Part shown: positions 41,824-51,928 of the stretch, piece after piece
How the letters are laid out: each line of letters starts with the position of its first letter
Numbering within the stretch: position 1 is the first letter of the stretch
DNA from: an uncultured Acidimicrobiales bacterium
Lineage (GTDB): Bacteria > Actinomycetota > Acidimicrobiia > Acidimicrobiales > DATKAS01
Assembly (NCBI GenBank): GCA_963708175.1
Contig: CAVPSD010000017.1
Location: 23,073 to 87,072, forward strand
Length of the DNA stretch: 64,000 bases
Direction: 5' to 3'
Position numbers and translations under genes: made by a program
Notes under the pieces: model-generated
Databases searched by the model: none
What the model was told of the DNA's origin: nothing
What the model saw: the letters and a program-made list of their open reading frames with translations, nothing else

Positions 41824-43769
41824 ATGGTCATCGAGTTCGGCCGCCAGGTATGTGGCACGCTCTCCGAGGCGGCGGCTCGCGAGTGGCTCGTGACGGACGG
41901 ACTCGGCGGTTACGCGATGGGCACCGTCGCCGGCCTCCGCACGCGTCGCTACCACGGGCTGCTCATGGTCGCGGGCGCGGCCACGAGCGGTGGCGGAGAC
42001 GCCGGGGTCAGCCGGCGGATGCTGGGCCTCGCGGCGCTCGACCCCGTGCTCGTCGTCGGCGACGCGCGCATCCGCCTCGCGACCGACGAGTGGGCCGGCG
42101 GTTCCGTCGACCCGGCTGGCCATCGCGACCTCGAGTCGTTCACGCTCGATGCGGGCGTCCCCCGCTGGCGGTGGGTCATCGGCGACATCGTCTTCGAACG
42201 TGAGATCGCCATGGTGCACGGACGGCCTGCCGTGGCGGTCCGCCATCGGCTCGTGCGCGCTCCGAGCTCGATCCGCGTCGAGATCACTCCACTCTGCACG
42301 TGGCGCGATGGCCACAGCGATCGTCACGCGGCTGCGGACCCGACCGTGGAGGCAACGGCGGACGGCTTCGTGTTCGAGCACGCCTACCGCGTGCGCGGCG
42401 CCGAGTGGGCTCCGGGCGGCTCGTGGTACCGCGGCGTCCGAGCGCGTGCCGAGGCGGAGCGCGGTTTGAGCGACACCGAGGATCTCTGGGCCGCAGGGAG
42501 CTTCGTGACGATACTCACGAGCGGCCAGTCGGCCGATGTCGTCGCCTGGGCGGGTGACCTCGACGACCCGCCACCGCCCGCGGAGGAGATCCTCATGAGC
42601 GCCGAGCGCGGGCTGCCCGTCTCGAGGCCACCGCACGCGCCAGCGACGATGTCGACGCGATCTTGGTGCGCGCCGCGGATCAGTTCGTCATATCGACTGC
42701 GACGGGCCCTTCGGTGGTCGCGGGCTACCCGTGGTTCGGGGAGTGGTCGCGCGACACGATGACGTCGTACGAAGGCCTCTTTCTCTCGACGGGAAGGCAT
42801 GAAGAGGGCCGTGACCTGTTGTTGCGGTCCGCGGCGACGCTCTCCGAGGGCATGCTCGCGAACACCGCCGACGCGGGCGGCCTCGAGTACAACACCGCCG
42901 ACGGCACACTCTGGTTCATCCACGCCGTTGGGCGCCATGTCGCAGTGACCGGCGATGTCGAGATCTTGTCGAAGCTCAACGGCGCGCTCGACGGCGTGAT
43001 CGAGGCGCACTCTCACGGCACCCGCTTCGGGATCAAGGTCGACCCGAGTGACGGCCTGCTGCAACAGGGAGCACCTGGATGGGCGCTCACGTGGATGGAT
43101 GCGCGAGTCGACGGCCAGCCGGTGACACAACGGAGCGGGAAGGCCGTCGAGATCAACGCGCTGTGGATCAACGCGCTCGGCACGGTGTCGGACCTGAACC
43201 GGCGGCTCGGTCGGCACGCAGGTCGGTGGCAGTCGCTCTACGAGTTCGCGCGCGACTCGTTCGTGATGCGCTTCGCCCGGGGCGACCATCTCCTCGATGT
43301 CGTCGGGACGACGGGTCCGGATGATGGAGCGATCCGGCCGAACCAGCTGCTCGCGATCTCGCTTCCCTACGGGCCTTTCAACTCCACGTCGACGTCGACG
43401 AACAGGATCGCGGAGGCGGTCGTTCGCCGGTGCCGCGCTGAGCTGTTGACCTCGCTCGGGGTCCGGTCGCTGTCGCCCCGCGATCCCGCATACATCGGCA
43501 CGCATCGCGGCGGACCGGCCGAACGCGACCGCGCCTATCACCAAGGCACGGTGTGGCCGTGGCTCATCGGGCCGTTCGTCGACGCTGCGACGGCGACTGG
43601 CGATGCGACACCGCCGATCGATGGTCTCGTCGCCCACCTCGGCGAGTGGGGCCTCGGCTCAGTGTCGGAGACCGCGGATGGGGACGCGCCGTACGGCGCG
43701 ACTGGGTGTCCGTTCCAGGCGTGGTCGGTAGCCGAGCTGCTGCGCGTGCGGCGCGTGCTCAGGCGGTGA
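41824..43769 (+). pseudogene. Glycogen debranching enzyme family (GDE_N + amylo-alpha-1,6-glucosidase), split by a 1-nt deletion near 42600-42612
   Basis: Track ORFs 41824..42762 (EWLVTDGLGGYAMGTVAGLRTRRYHGLL) and 42663..43769 (AADQFVIST..VVAGYPWFGEWSRDTM..EINALW..YHQGTVWPWL) join through ..SAER / AARLEATAHAASDD. Confidence 0.8.
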
Positions 43770-44517
43770 GCGCCGCGCCGACGATGCCCGCCTCGTTCTG
43801 AAGCTTCGCAGCGACGACCTCACAACGCGGTGTGAGCAGCGGGATGAACTTCTCGCCCTTCTTGCTCACGCCGCCACCGATGATGACGAGGTCGGGCCAG
43901 AGCGCCGCTTCGAGGTGGTCGAGGTACTCGTCGACCCGCTTCGCGAACTGCTTCCAGTCGAGCTTCTTGCGTTCACGCACGCTGTCCGCGGCGCGCTTCT
44001 CCGCGTCCTTGCCCCGAACCTCGATGTGCCCGAGCTCGCTGTTCGGGATGAGCACCCCGTCGAAGAACACTGCGGTGCCGATGCCGGTGCCGAGCGTCAC
44101 GATGATCACGACACCCTTTCGACCGACTCCCGCTCCGTAGTGCATCTCGGCGACACCCGCGCAGTCGGCGTCGTTGGTGACCGTGAACGTGCAACCGGTC
44201 GCGTCCTCGAAGAGCGAACGGGCGTTGGTGCCGATCCACGACTTGTCGACGTTCGCCGCGGTCTGGATCACACCGTGCTTCACGACCGCAGGAAACGTGC
44301 AGCCGATCATGCCCTGGTACTCGAAGTGCTTCACGATTTCGGCGACGATCCCCGCGACCGCCTCCGGAGTGGCGGGCTTCGGCGTCAGCAGCCGGAATCG
44401 GTCCGCCGCGAGATCGCCCTTCTCGAGATCGACCGGAGCCCCCTTGATGCCGGTGCCGCCGATGTCGATGCCGAGCTTCACGTCGGTGGAGTCCATCGCG
44501 GCAGCGTAGGTGCTCAC
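43759..44517 (-). CDS. ppgK: Polyphosphate glucokinase (ROK family)
   Basis: Contains [37 protein letters not shown] and ELGHIEV. The start is either GTG at 44517 (GTGA overlap) or ATG at 44496. The 3' end overlaps the convergent GDE gene by 11 nt. Confidence 0.9.
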   Translation of the reverse strand: MSTYAAAMDSTDVKLGIDIGGTGIKGAPVDLEKGDLAADRFRLLTPKPATPEAVAGIVAEIVKHFEYQGMIGCTFPAVVKHGVIQTAANVDKSWIGTNARSLFEDATGCTFTVTNDADCAGVAEMHYGAGVGRKGVVIIVTLGTGIGTAVFFDGVLIPNSELGHIEVRGKDAEKRAADSVRERKKLDWKQFAKRVDEYLDHLEAALWPDLVIIGGGVSKKGEKFIPLLTPRCEVVAAKLQNEAGIVGAALTA

Positions 44518-45359
44518 GGCCAGCCCGCGCCCGGGACGTCCACGCGTACCGTTTCGACGCGACCAGGTCTCTCCTTCGCCAGGCGGGCGAAGTCGCCGGT
44601 GAGCTCACCGGTGATGAGATGCAACGTGCGCCGATCGGCTCCGCCGAGCATGCAGGCGAAGCAGCCGCGGACGGTCGCGATGCGATCGGTGACTGCTCCG
44701 CCCTCGACGACTCGCACGCACTGTGCGTTCGTGGGGTCGGCAACCCAGATGCCGCCTGCCTCGTCGAGGCAGATCCCATCAGGCGTGACCTCACCGAGGT
44801 CGGCCCACACCCGGCGGTTGGAGAGTGTGCCGTCGGCGGCGACATCGAACGCGGTGAGCCTTCGACCGAACGTCTCGCCGAGGACGAGCGTCGCTCCCTC
44901 GGGAGTGATGACGGTGCCGTTCGGAAACTGCAGGTCGCCAGCCGCAGCCGACACGACTCCGTCTGCGGCGACCAACGCGAGCGTCGCCGTCTGCGGAGTC
45001 GCTCGGTTCGCGAAGTCGTATCCGAAGTTGCCGACGTAGGCACGGCCCTGGCCGTCGACGACCATGTCGTTGCAGTCGCCGGTCGCGATGCCCCCGAGGT
45101 CGGCGTGCTCGACGAGACCGTCCGGATCGAGCCTCATCAGCTTGCGGTCCGTCATCGACACGACGAGCAGCCGTCCGTCCGGAAGCCAACCGAGTCCCGA
45201 CGGCCTGTTCGGCACCTCCACGATCGTCTCTGCGTCGCCGCGCTCGTCGATCGCAAGCACCCGCTGTGTGTAGAAATCCGACACCCACAGGCGGCCGTCG
45301 TGCCAGCGCGGACCCTCACCGAACGACAAGCCCTCGAAGAAGGTCGTCGGAGTCGTCAT
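44514..45359 (-). CDS. SMP-30/gluconolactonase/LRE family protein
   Basis: ATG at 45359 (ATGA overlap with the upstream stop). Contains [51 protein letters not shown] and [15 protein letters not shown]. Confidence 0.82.
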   Translation of the reverse strand: MTTPTTFFEGLSFGEGPRWHDGRLWVSDFYTQRVLAIDERGDAETIVEVPNRPSGLGWLPDGRLLVVSMTDRKLMRLDPDGLVEHADLGGIATGDCNDMVVDGQGRAYVGNFGYDFANRATPQTATLALVAADGVVSAAAGDLQFPNGTVITPEGATLVLGETFGRRLTAFDVAADGTLSNRRVWADLGEVTPDGICLDEAGGIWVADPTNAQCVRVVEGGAVTDRIATVRGCFACMLGGADRRTLHLITGELTGDFARLAKERPGRVETVRVDVPGAGWP

Positions 45360-46457
45360 CCGGTGAACAGTACGGCCGCAGCTCCTTCGGCCGGGATGGC
45401 GCCGTCGCGGCGAAGGGCCTGGAGGCCGGCGAGTCCCGCCGACCCCGTCGGGCTCACGGCCGAACCGGTCGCCATCAGGGCCTGCTCGTGGGCGGAGCGC
45501 AGCTCCTCCTCCGTGACTCCCACGGCGCGGCCGCTCGTGCGCTCGAGCACGTCGAGCACCGCCGCCCAGTCGTAGGCCTCGTCGTCGAGGATGCCCGTCG
45601 CAACGCTCTCGCCCGGGGGCTCCCACGGCCACATCAGGTCGTGCCGATGTCGTCGAAACTCGGGGCACCGACGTTGCCAAGCGCGCACCATCGGCGCGTG
45701 CACCGCGGCTTGGATGATGTGGATGGTCGGCATCGCGTCGAGCCGCGCGAAGCGCGACCGCCTCCGCGAGGCCCTGGCCAACCGAGGACGCAAGCGCGCC
45801 ACCGCCGACTTGCACGACGACGTCGTCGAGCCGAGCGTCGGCGTCGGCGAGCTCGTAGCCGAGCGTGCGGCCGCCGTCGATCGTGAGCCCGTTGTCCGAG
45901 CCCTGGCACGAGAACGGGATCGCGCCGCTCGCGACCGCTTCGCGGAACCGGAACACGCTCGGATCGCCCGGCGGATCCTCGGGGCGGCGGGGACACGCCT
46001 CGGTCGCCGCTCCGAGCTCCCGCAGCCGACGGAGGACGCGCTCGTCGGCCCAGGTCGGGACGAAGACCGAGAGCGGCCGGCCCGCGGCACGCGCGACGAC
46101 CGCGGCGGCGATCGCGGCGTTCCCGCAGCTCGCGATGGCGAGAGGACGAGACCGCTCGATGCCGACCACATCGAGCCAGATGGCGATTCCCATGACGTGA
46201 CGGCCCTTGTGCGACCGCCCCACGTTCCCGGTCTCGTCCTTGATCCACGCCCGGAGCGCTTCGCTGAACCCGAACGGCGTCACCGTGAACCCGGTGCCGT
46301 CGACGCGAACGATCGCCTCGTCGAGACGGGAAACAACGTCGACGTACTGCGCGTCGCTCTCCGCACGGCCATACGCGGCCATCAAGGTGCGGTAACGCAA
46401 GAACGGGTTCACCTCGTCGTTGCTCGGCCATGACGCGCTCGCGTCGAGTCGGCGCAC
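45356..46457 (-). pseudogene. Fold-type II PLP-dependent enzyme (threonine-synthase-like lyase/thiolase), split by a net +1 frameshift near 45745-45760
   Basis: The N-terminal part sits in the frame of track ORF 44514..46457 (NPFLRYR.., GRSHKGRH with the candidate PLP Lys, VVQVGGGALASSVGQGLAEAV). The C-terminal part is in ORF 45356..46171 (RLDAMPTIHIIQ...ATGILDDEAYDW..SPTGSAGLAGL). Confidence 0.6.
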
Positions 46458-46556
46458 GAGGACGTGATCGACGTCGTCCCCGGGCCGACCCGCGGGGGCA
46501 CCGGAATGGCGTCTCCGAACCTGGAGGCGCGGGCCAGCCGCAGCCGGCGCAAGAGA

Positions 46557-48043
46557 TCACCACGAGGCCAGCACGCCCGTCCGCTCGTTGAACTCGTCGA
46601 TCGCCCGATCCCACTCCGGGACGAGGTCGAGCAGGCCGTTCCAGAACGACCGGGATCGTCGCGCTTCGAAATCGGCGAGCGCGACGCCCTGCTGCTCGAC
46701 CCACGTGAAGTAGCCGAGGTTGAAGATGCGATCGCGGTCGTCAGTCGAACACTCGAGGAGGTGATCGTCACTGATCGCGCTCAGGTGCTCCGCGAACACA
46801 GCAGCAGCGGCGCGTTCGTCGAACCCATCCGGCCAGAGGCGCGCGGTCGTCTTCGCGTGCTCGGAGCCGTACAGCGCGGCGCCATCGGTGGCGACGGTCA
46901 CGACGAGGTCGCCGGATCCGAGGCGGAGGCGCTTCGCGACCTTGATCGAGGCAACCAGGTTGCAGATCGAGGACAGCCCGAGATGTGACAGCGACGCGAT
47001 CGCAGCGGCGGGCACGTCGCGCCGAGCGAGCTCTTCGCGACCCACAGAGGTGTTGAAAAGCACGTCGAGTGCGTCGGTCGACCGGTCGGACACCGCCGTC
47101 ACGATGTCGGTCGACATCACGTTGTGGATGTACGGGATGTGCTTGTCGCCGATCCCCTGGATGTTGTGCTCACCGAAGCCGTTGCGCAGCAACGTCGGGC
47201 ACTCGAGCGCCTCGACGGCCACGGTGAGGGTGCCGAACTGCTCCTTCAGCGTGTCGCCCGCAGCAAGGGTGCCCGCTGAGCCCGAGGCCGACACGAACGC
47301 GCGCGGCGTCAGCTCAGGATGGGCTGCGACGACGCGCTCCATCGCTTGCCCCGGTCGCGACCCGATGCGCGAGATGGTTTCCGAACTCGCAGAACTGGTT
47401 GAGCACGACGTTCGAGGGATCACGCGCGAGCTCGGCACACGCGTCGTAGATCTCCTTGACGTTGCTCTCTGAGCCGGGCGTGCGGAGGACGTCCGCAGGA
47501 TCGGTCGACCCACGCGTCGAGCCATTCGAACCGCTCCCGCGACATGTTCTCGGGGAGCACCGCGACCCCTCGGCACCCCATGATCCGAGAGATCGCGACA
47601 CCGCCACGGGCGTAGTTGCCGGTCGAGGGCCAGATCGCCCGGTGCGTCGTCGGGTCGAACTGGCCGGTCACAACGCGCGGCGCGAGACATGCGTATGCCG
47701 CCTGCACCTTGTGGGCGCCGATCATCGGGAACCGGTCGCCGAACGCGAGGACGATCGTGGCGTCGACCCCGGTGAGCGCTGGCGGCGCGACGAGATGCCC
47801 GGGGACGTCGGTGCGGCCGGCGCGGTCCTCCGCGTTGAACCAGTGGACCCGGAAGAGGTTCGCGGGATCGGGATCGTCGGGTCCGACCCGTTCGAGGCGC
47901 CGGATCACCGTTGCGGGAGCCGCAGTCGGGTCGGCGAGCTGGGCAAACGTCGGCAACGCGATCCCCGCGGCGCGGAATCGCTCGACCGCGCGGTCGCGCG
48001 CCGCTGGATCCACCACCTCCGTTTCGAGGCCGAAGCCAGTCAT
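46557..48043 (-). pseudogene. Fold-type II PLP-dependent cysteine-synthase-like protein with a C-terminal extension, carrying two +1 frameshifts (near 47505 and at the C4 run 47349-47352)
   Basis: Three overlapping track ORFs (47420..48151, 47314..47607, 46557..47690) join as ..FEWLDAWV / [19 protein letters not shown]...[12 protein letters not shown] / [13 protein letters not shown]... Contains [13 protein letters not shown] (PLP Lys), PSTGNYARG and SGSAGT. Confidence 0.6.
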
Positions 48044-48065
48044 CGCCCGAATCCCGTCATCGTGG

Positions 48066-48740
48066 TCATAGCGCGCTCGCGGCCTCGTGATCGACCAGCA
48101 ACGTGGCATCGGCGCGAACGTGGCTCGAGGGAATTCCCGGATCGCGGGCAACGAGGCGCTTCACCATCTCACTCTTCCCGGCTCCTGCCGCGAGGAACAT
48201 GACGTCACGGGCCCGGTTCACCGCCGGGACAGTGAGCGTCATGCGCACGCGCCCCCGGTAGGGCTGAGTGAGCGCGACATCGACATCTCGCACATCGATG
48301 ACGGGGTCGCCGGGTGGCCACGACGCGGTGTGCCCGTCGTCGCCGAGGCCGAGGTGAACCACGTCGAGCACGCCGTCCCCGGTGACCTCCGACAGCTCCC
48401 TGGCGAAGCGCCGGCTCGCGTCGACGAGATCGGACGCAGTGACGTCCATCAGGTGCGGCACGACGGACACACGGTCCAGCAGGTTCGCCCGGAGGTCGTT
48501 GAGGTTGCGATCGGGGTCACCGTCGGGAGCGACCCGCTCGTCGACTTGGAACACGTGAACCTGCGGCCACGGCAGCTCGAGCTCGGAAAGGGCTGCGAAC
48601 ATCGCCGCGGGAGTCGACCCGCCACTGACGGCGAGCGTGAACCGGCCCCGTTGTTCGATCGCGGCCTCGGCGCGCGCCGCGATCCATCCAGCGGACGCAA
48701 TCGGTAGCTCCGTGGCGGAGTAGGTCTCGACATCCATCAC
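48066..48740 (-). CDS. pgl: 6-phosphogluconolactonase
   Basis: Contains [37 protein letters not shown] and MTLTVPAVN. Confidence 0.88.
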   Translation of the reverse strand: MMDVETYSATELPIASAGWIAARAEAAIEQRGRFTLAVSGGSTPAAMFAALSELELPWPQVHVFQVDERVAPDGDPDRNLNDLRANLLDRVSVVPHLMDVTASDLVDASRRFARELSEVTGDGVLDVVHLGLGDDGHTASWPPGDPVIDVRDVDVALTQPYRGRVRMTLTVPAVNRARDVMFLAAGAGKSEMVKRLVARDPGIPSSHVRADATLLVDHEAASAL

Positions 48741-49351
48741 GCGTCTCTCTTCGTAGGGGGAAGAACGCTCGAAACGGGGTCGCAGATGTCGTTCCAGCGC
48801 TGGAACACACGCGTCTCACGCTCGAAGCCCAGCACCGAGAGGGTGGCCGGTGAAAGCGCGAACAGCCGCCCGGACGTCGCCTCAAGACCGAGCCAGCGAG
48901 CGCCGAGAACTCTCAGGAGATGCCCATGGGCGAACAACAGCACGTCTCCGTCCACGGCCAGGGCGCGCTCGATGACCCGATCGGTGCGCGCTCCGACCTC
49001 TTCCGCTGCCTCCCCGCCCGGCACGCCGTCGTCCCAGAGCGTCCATCCGGGGCGCTCGACGCGGATGTCCACTGTGCGGCGACCTTCGTACTCCCCGTAG
49101 TCCCACTCGAGCAGATCGTCGGTGAGCTGGCACCGATCGCCGAACCCCGCGAGCCGACAGGTGTCGGCGGCTCGCGAGAGTGGGCTGGTCAGAACCAGCG
49201 CGAACTTTCGGCCGGAAAGGCGGCGGCCGGCCAGCGCGGCCTGGGCCTGGCCGTCGGCAGTCAGCGGGATGTCAGTCCGTCCGGTGTGACGCCCCAGTCG
49301 CGCCCACTCCGTCTCGCCGTGGCGTACGAGAACGACCTCGTTCGGGGGCAT
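48737..49351 (-). CDS. Histidine phosphatase (phosphoglycerate mutase-like) family protein
   Basis: ATG at 49351 gives MPPNEVVLVRHGETEW. Contains LTSPLSRA and FAHGHLLRVL. The stop overlaps the pgl GTG start (GTGA). The rest of track ORF 48737..51058 is antisense junk. Confidence 0.85.
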   Translation of the reverse strand: MPPNEVVLVRHGETEWARLGRHTGRTDIPLTADGQAQAALAGRRLSGRKFALVLTSPLSRAADTCRLAGFGDRCQLTDDLLEWDYGEYEGRRTVDIRVERPGWTLWDDGVPGGEAAEEVGARTDRVIERALAVDGDVLLFAHGHLLRVLGARWLGLEATSGRLFALSPATLSVLGFERETRVFQRWNDICDPVSSVLPPTKRDA

Positions 49352-49390
49352 GCCCGGAGCCTGCCACGCGCGCGAGCAAGACTGCTCCGC

Positions 49391-50381
49391 ATGGGCATGC
49401 GACGCGCGTTCGCGTCGATCGCCGCGGTTGTCGTCGTGCTGTGCGCCACGACCGCGATCGCCGGCGCCGCGACCGCGCCCCCACCACCGGGCCCACTCAC
49501 GCTGAACCCGTCGCAAGGGCCGGCCGGCAGCGCGTTCACTGCGTCGCAGGACATCTTCCCGGCGACCGCGAGGGCAGTCTGCCCAGAGTGGTACGCCGTA
49601 CTCGACGGCTCGATCGAGTCCGCCCACGACACGAACTTCACGAGCCCAACGCGCAGCGCGCCGTTGCAGATGCCGCCTGACGCGGCTCCAGGAGCGCACA
49701 GCGTCATCTCGTACTGCGTCAACGTGAACAACGCGACGAACATCGTGGGAGCCGCGGCGTTCCTCGTGATCGCTTCCACGACGACGACCTCGACGACGAC
49801 GACCACGACCACGACACCCGACGACGATCGCGACGACCACGACCGCGACGACCACGACGACGCTGCCGACCACGACGACTGCCAAAGCGACGACCACGAC
49901 CGCCAAACCCACGACCACGACCGCCAAAGCGACGACCACGACTGCAACCACGACGTCGTCGACGACCACCACGTCGTCCACGACCACCACAGCACCGTCG
50001 TCGACGACGAGCGCACCGACCACGATCGCCGAGGTCCGCGATCTCGCGCTCGACAAGCCCTCGGTGCCGCCGGGCGGCGACGTCACCGCGATCGGGACGG
50101 GATGCGACCCGGGCGCGACCGTCACGCTCGAGATCGCCGGGGAGGAGGTCGGAGCGACCACCGCCGACGACAACGGCAGGTTCTCCACGCCGATCGACGT
50201 CCCTGACGTCGATCCCGGGCGCCTCGAGGTGCTTGCCCGGTGCGGCCCGGTCCTGACGACACAGCTCGACGTCGTGCTCGCCTCATCCGTGAGCAACAAC
50301 AGCACGATCCTGGTCCTCGCCTTCTTCGTGATCGTCCTCTTCGCGCTGCTTTGGTACGGCTGGCAGGCGCGCCGGCCCTGA
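49391..50381 (+). pseudogene. Secreted two-domain (Ig-like?) protein with a Thr-rich linker and C-terminal TM anchor, split by a 1-nt insertion at the CCC run 49817-49819
   Basis: Signal peptide MGMRRAFASIAAVVVVLCATTAIAGA. After ..STTTTSTTTTTTTT the frame of track ORF 48920..50206 degenerates into D/H/R junk. The frame of ORF 50064..50381 read backwards gives TTTTAKATTTTAKPTTTTAKA..., then a second domain and the anchor ILVLAFFVIVLFALLWYGW-QARRP. Confidence 0.55.
49881..49943. repeat. 21-bp tandem repeat x3 (GCCAAAGCGACGACCACGACC) encoding AK(A/P)TTTT linker units
   Basis: Read directly. Units at 49881, 49902 and 49923 differ at 2-3 bases. Confidence 0.8.
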
Positions 50382-50397
50382 GCACTACGATTCGGTC

Positions 50398-51274
50398 GTG
50401 CCGCGGACGACCGTTCCGATCCCGACCAGGGTGCTCGTGTCGGGGATGCGCCATGAGGACGGCGAGATCGTCGCGTCCGAGCTGTACGCGGTCGCCGAAG
50501 CGTGCGGGCAGACCTCCGAGCAGGTGCGCTCGTGTCTGCGGCGGCTGGTGAAGGAGGGCTTGTACGTCCAGCACGGCAAGGGGCGCAACGCGCGATACGA
50601 GGCAACTGAGGCGGGGATCGCCCATCTCGAGACGAGCTGGGACCGCACCCGCACCGCGTACCAGCAAGACGCCGCCGGCCGGGGATGGGACCGCATGTGG
50701 CACCTCGCCGCGTTCGCTGTGCCCGAGGATCGCCGCGCGGCGCGCGATCAGCTGCGCGATCGGCTCGTCGCCCTCGGCGGTGCGGCGCTGCAGGGCGGCG
50801 TGTACGTGTCACCGCATCCGTGGGAGGACGCGGTTCGTCAGGAGGCCAAGCGGCTCGATGTCGGCGATCACCTCTCGCTCGCGACGACCGACGACCTCGA
50901 GATCGGGGGTGTCCGCGACCCTCGACTGCTCGCGCAGGACGTTCTGGCCGATCGACGAGGTGGCCCGCGCCTACGAGGCGTTCATCGCTCAGCACCGCCA
51001 CGTCCCCGAGCAGCTCGAGGAGATGCGACGCCGCAAGGAGCGGTTCAGCGACGACCACTTCCTGCCGTTTGCCTTCGCGATGGCGGTCGCGCTCTCAGAG
51101 TGCACACGCGACGATCCGCTGCTGCCGCCTGAGCTGCTGCCGCGCCCCTGGCCCGGTCGCAACGCCCGCGAGCTCGTCGTTCGAAGCCGCAAGCTCGCGC
51201 TGCTCGTGCGCGAGCAGCACGATCGTCCCGCACTGTTCCACCTCTACGACCAGATGATCGAAGGGCTGAGCTGA
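50398..51274 (+). pseudogene. PaaX family transcriptional regulator, split by a 1-nt insertion near 50930-50945
   Basis: Track ORFs 50398..51132 (winged-helix part SELYAVAEACGQTSEQVRSCLRRLVKEGL; WHLAAFAVPEDRRAARDQLRDRL..GGVYVSPHPW) and 50780..51274 (TFWPIDEVARAYEAFI..) join after ..RDPRLLAQ. Confidence 0.7.
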
Positions 51275-51280
51275 GCCAGC

Positions 51281-51928
51281 TCAGCTGATGCTGGCGAGGT
51301 GGGCCGCGTCGTTGTAGCGGAGGAGGCGCCAGCGCGGCGCCGGCCGACGCTCGTCCTCGGGCACGAGCACGAGCTCGGTGATCGCGGTGTTGTGCGTGTA
51401 GAGCTCGAAGCCACCGACGACGGGAAGGTCGAGCAACGAGCGCAACGCCGCGTCGACAACGCCGGCATGGCACGCGATCACAACGGTGCGATCACGGTGC
51501 GCCCCCACGGTGCGCCGCATCGCGCCGCCGATCCGCGAGTGGAACTGCATCCACGTCTCCCCGCCCGGAGAGAGGGCGAGGTGAGGATCGTCGGAGAGCT
51601 CGGGCACGCCGTACTTCTCGAGCGCGACCGTGTAGGTGAGGCCGTCCGCCTCGCCGGGGTGACGTTCGCAGAAGTCCTGGTCTTCGACGACGGCGAGCCC
51701 GCCGATCGCCGGGGCGATGATCTCAGCGGTCTCGCGCGCCCGGGGCAGCGTGCTCGCGAGCAGCGCGTCGACTTGCCCGAGCTCGCCGGTCGCCGTGAGC
51801 CGGTCGCGGAGCGCGGCGGCTTGGCGGCGCCCGAGGTCAGAGAGGCCGCTGCACGTGAGCAGGCCGCCGACCAGGCCGTCGACGGACACCTGCGACTCGC
51901 CGTGGCGGACGAGGACGACGCGGGTCAC
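51281..51928 (-). CDS. Histidine phosphatase family protein
   Basis: MTRVVLVRHGESQ, then STLPRARETA and IACHAGVV. The GTG start abuts the VWA gene stop. Confidence 0.85.
   Translation of the reverse strand: MTRVVLVRHGESQVSVDGLVGGLLTCSGLSDLGRRQAAALRDRLTATGELGQVDALLASTLPRARETAEIIAPAIGGLAVVEDQDFCERHPGEADGLTYTVALEKYGVPELSDDPHLALSPGGETWMQFHSRIGGAMRRTVGAHRDRTVVIACHAGVVDAALRSLLDLPVVGGFELYTHNTAITELVLVPEDERRPAPRWRLLRYNDAAHLASIS

Noticed and set aside
44514-46457. A single 647-aa fusion protein (PLP enzyme plus SMP-30 domain), as suggested by the uninterrupted ORF.
   Set aside because: The central 150 or so residues are Arg/Pro/Gly junk. The PLP enzyme's real C-terminus lies in another frame (ORF 45356..46171), whose TGA overlaps the ATG (45359) of a complete SMP-30 protein. 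These are two coupled genes, not a fusion.
48737-51058. 773-aa minus-strand ORF with long Val/Asp/Ala runs.
   Set aside because: Only the last 204 codons (from the ATG at 49351) form a histidine phosphatase. The remainder is antisense to the Thr-rich secreted protein and PaaX genes, so the Val runs mirror Thr codons.
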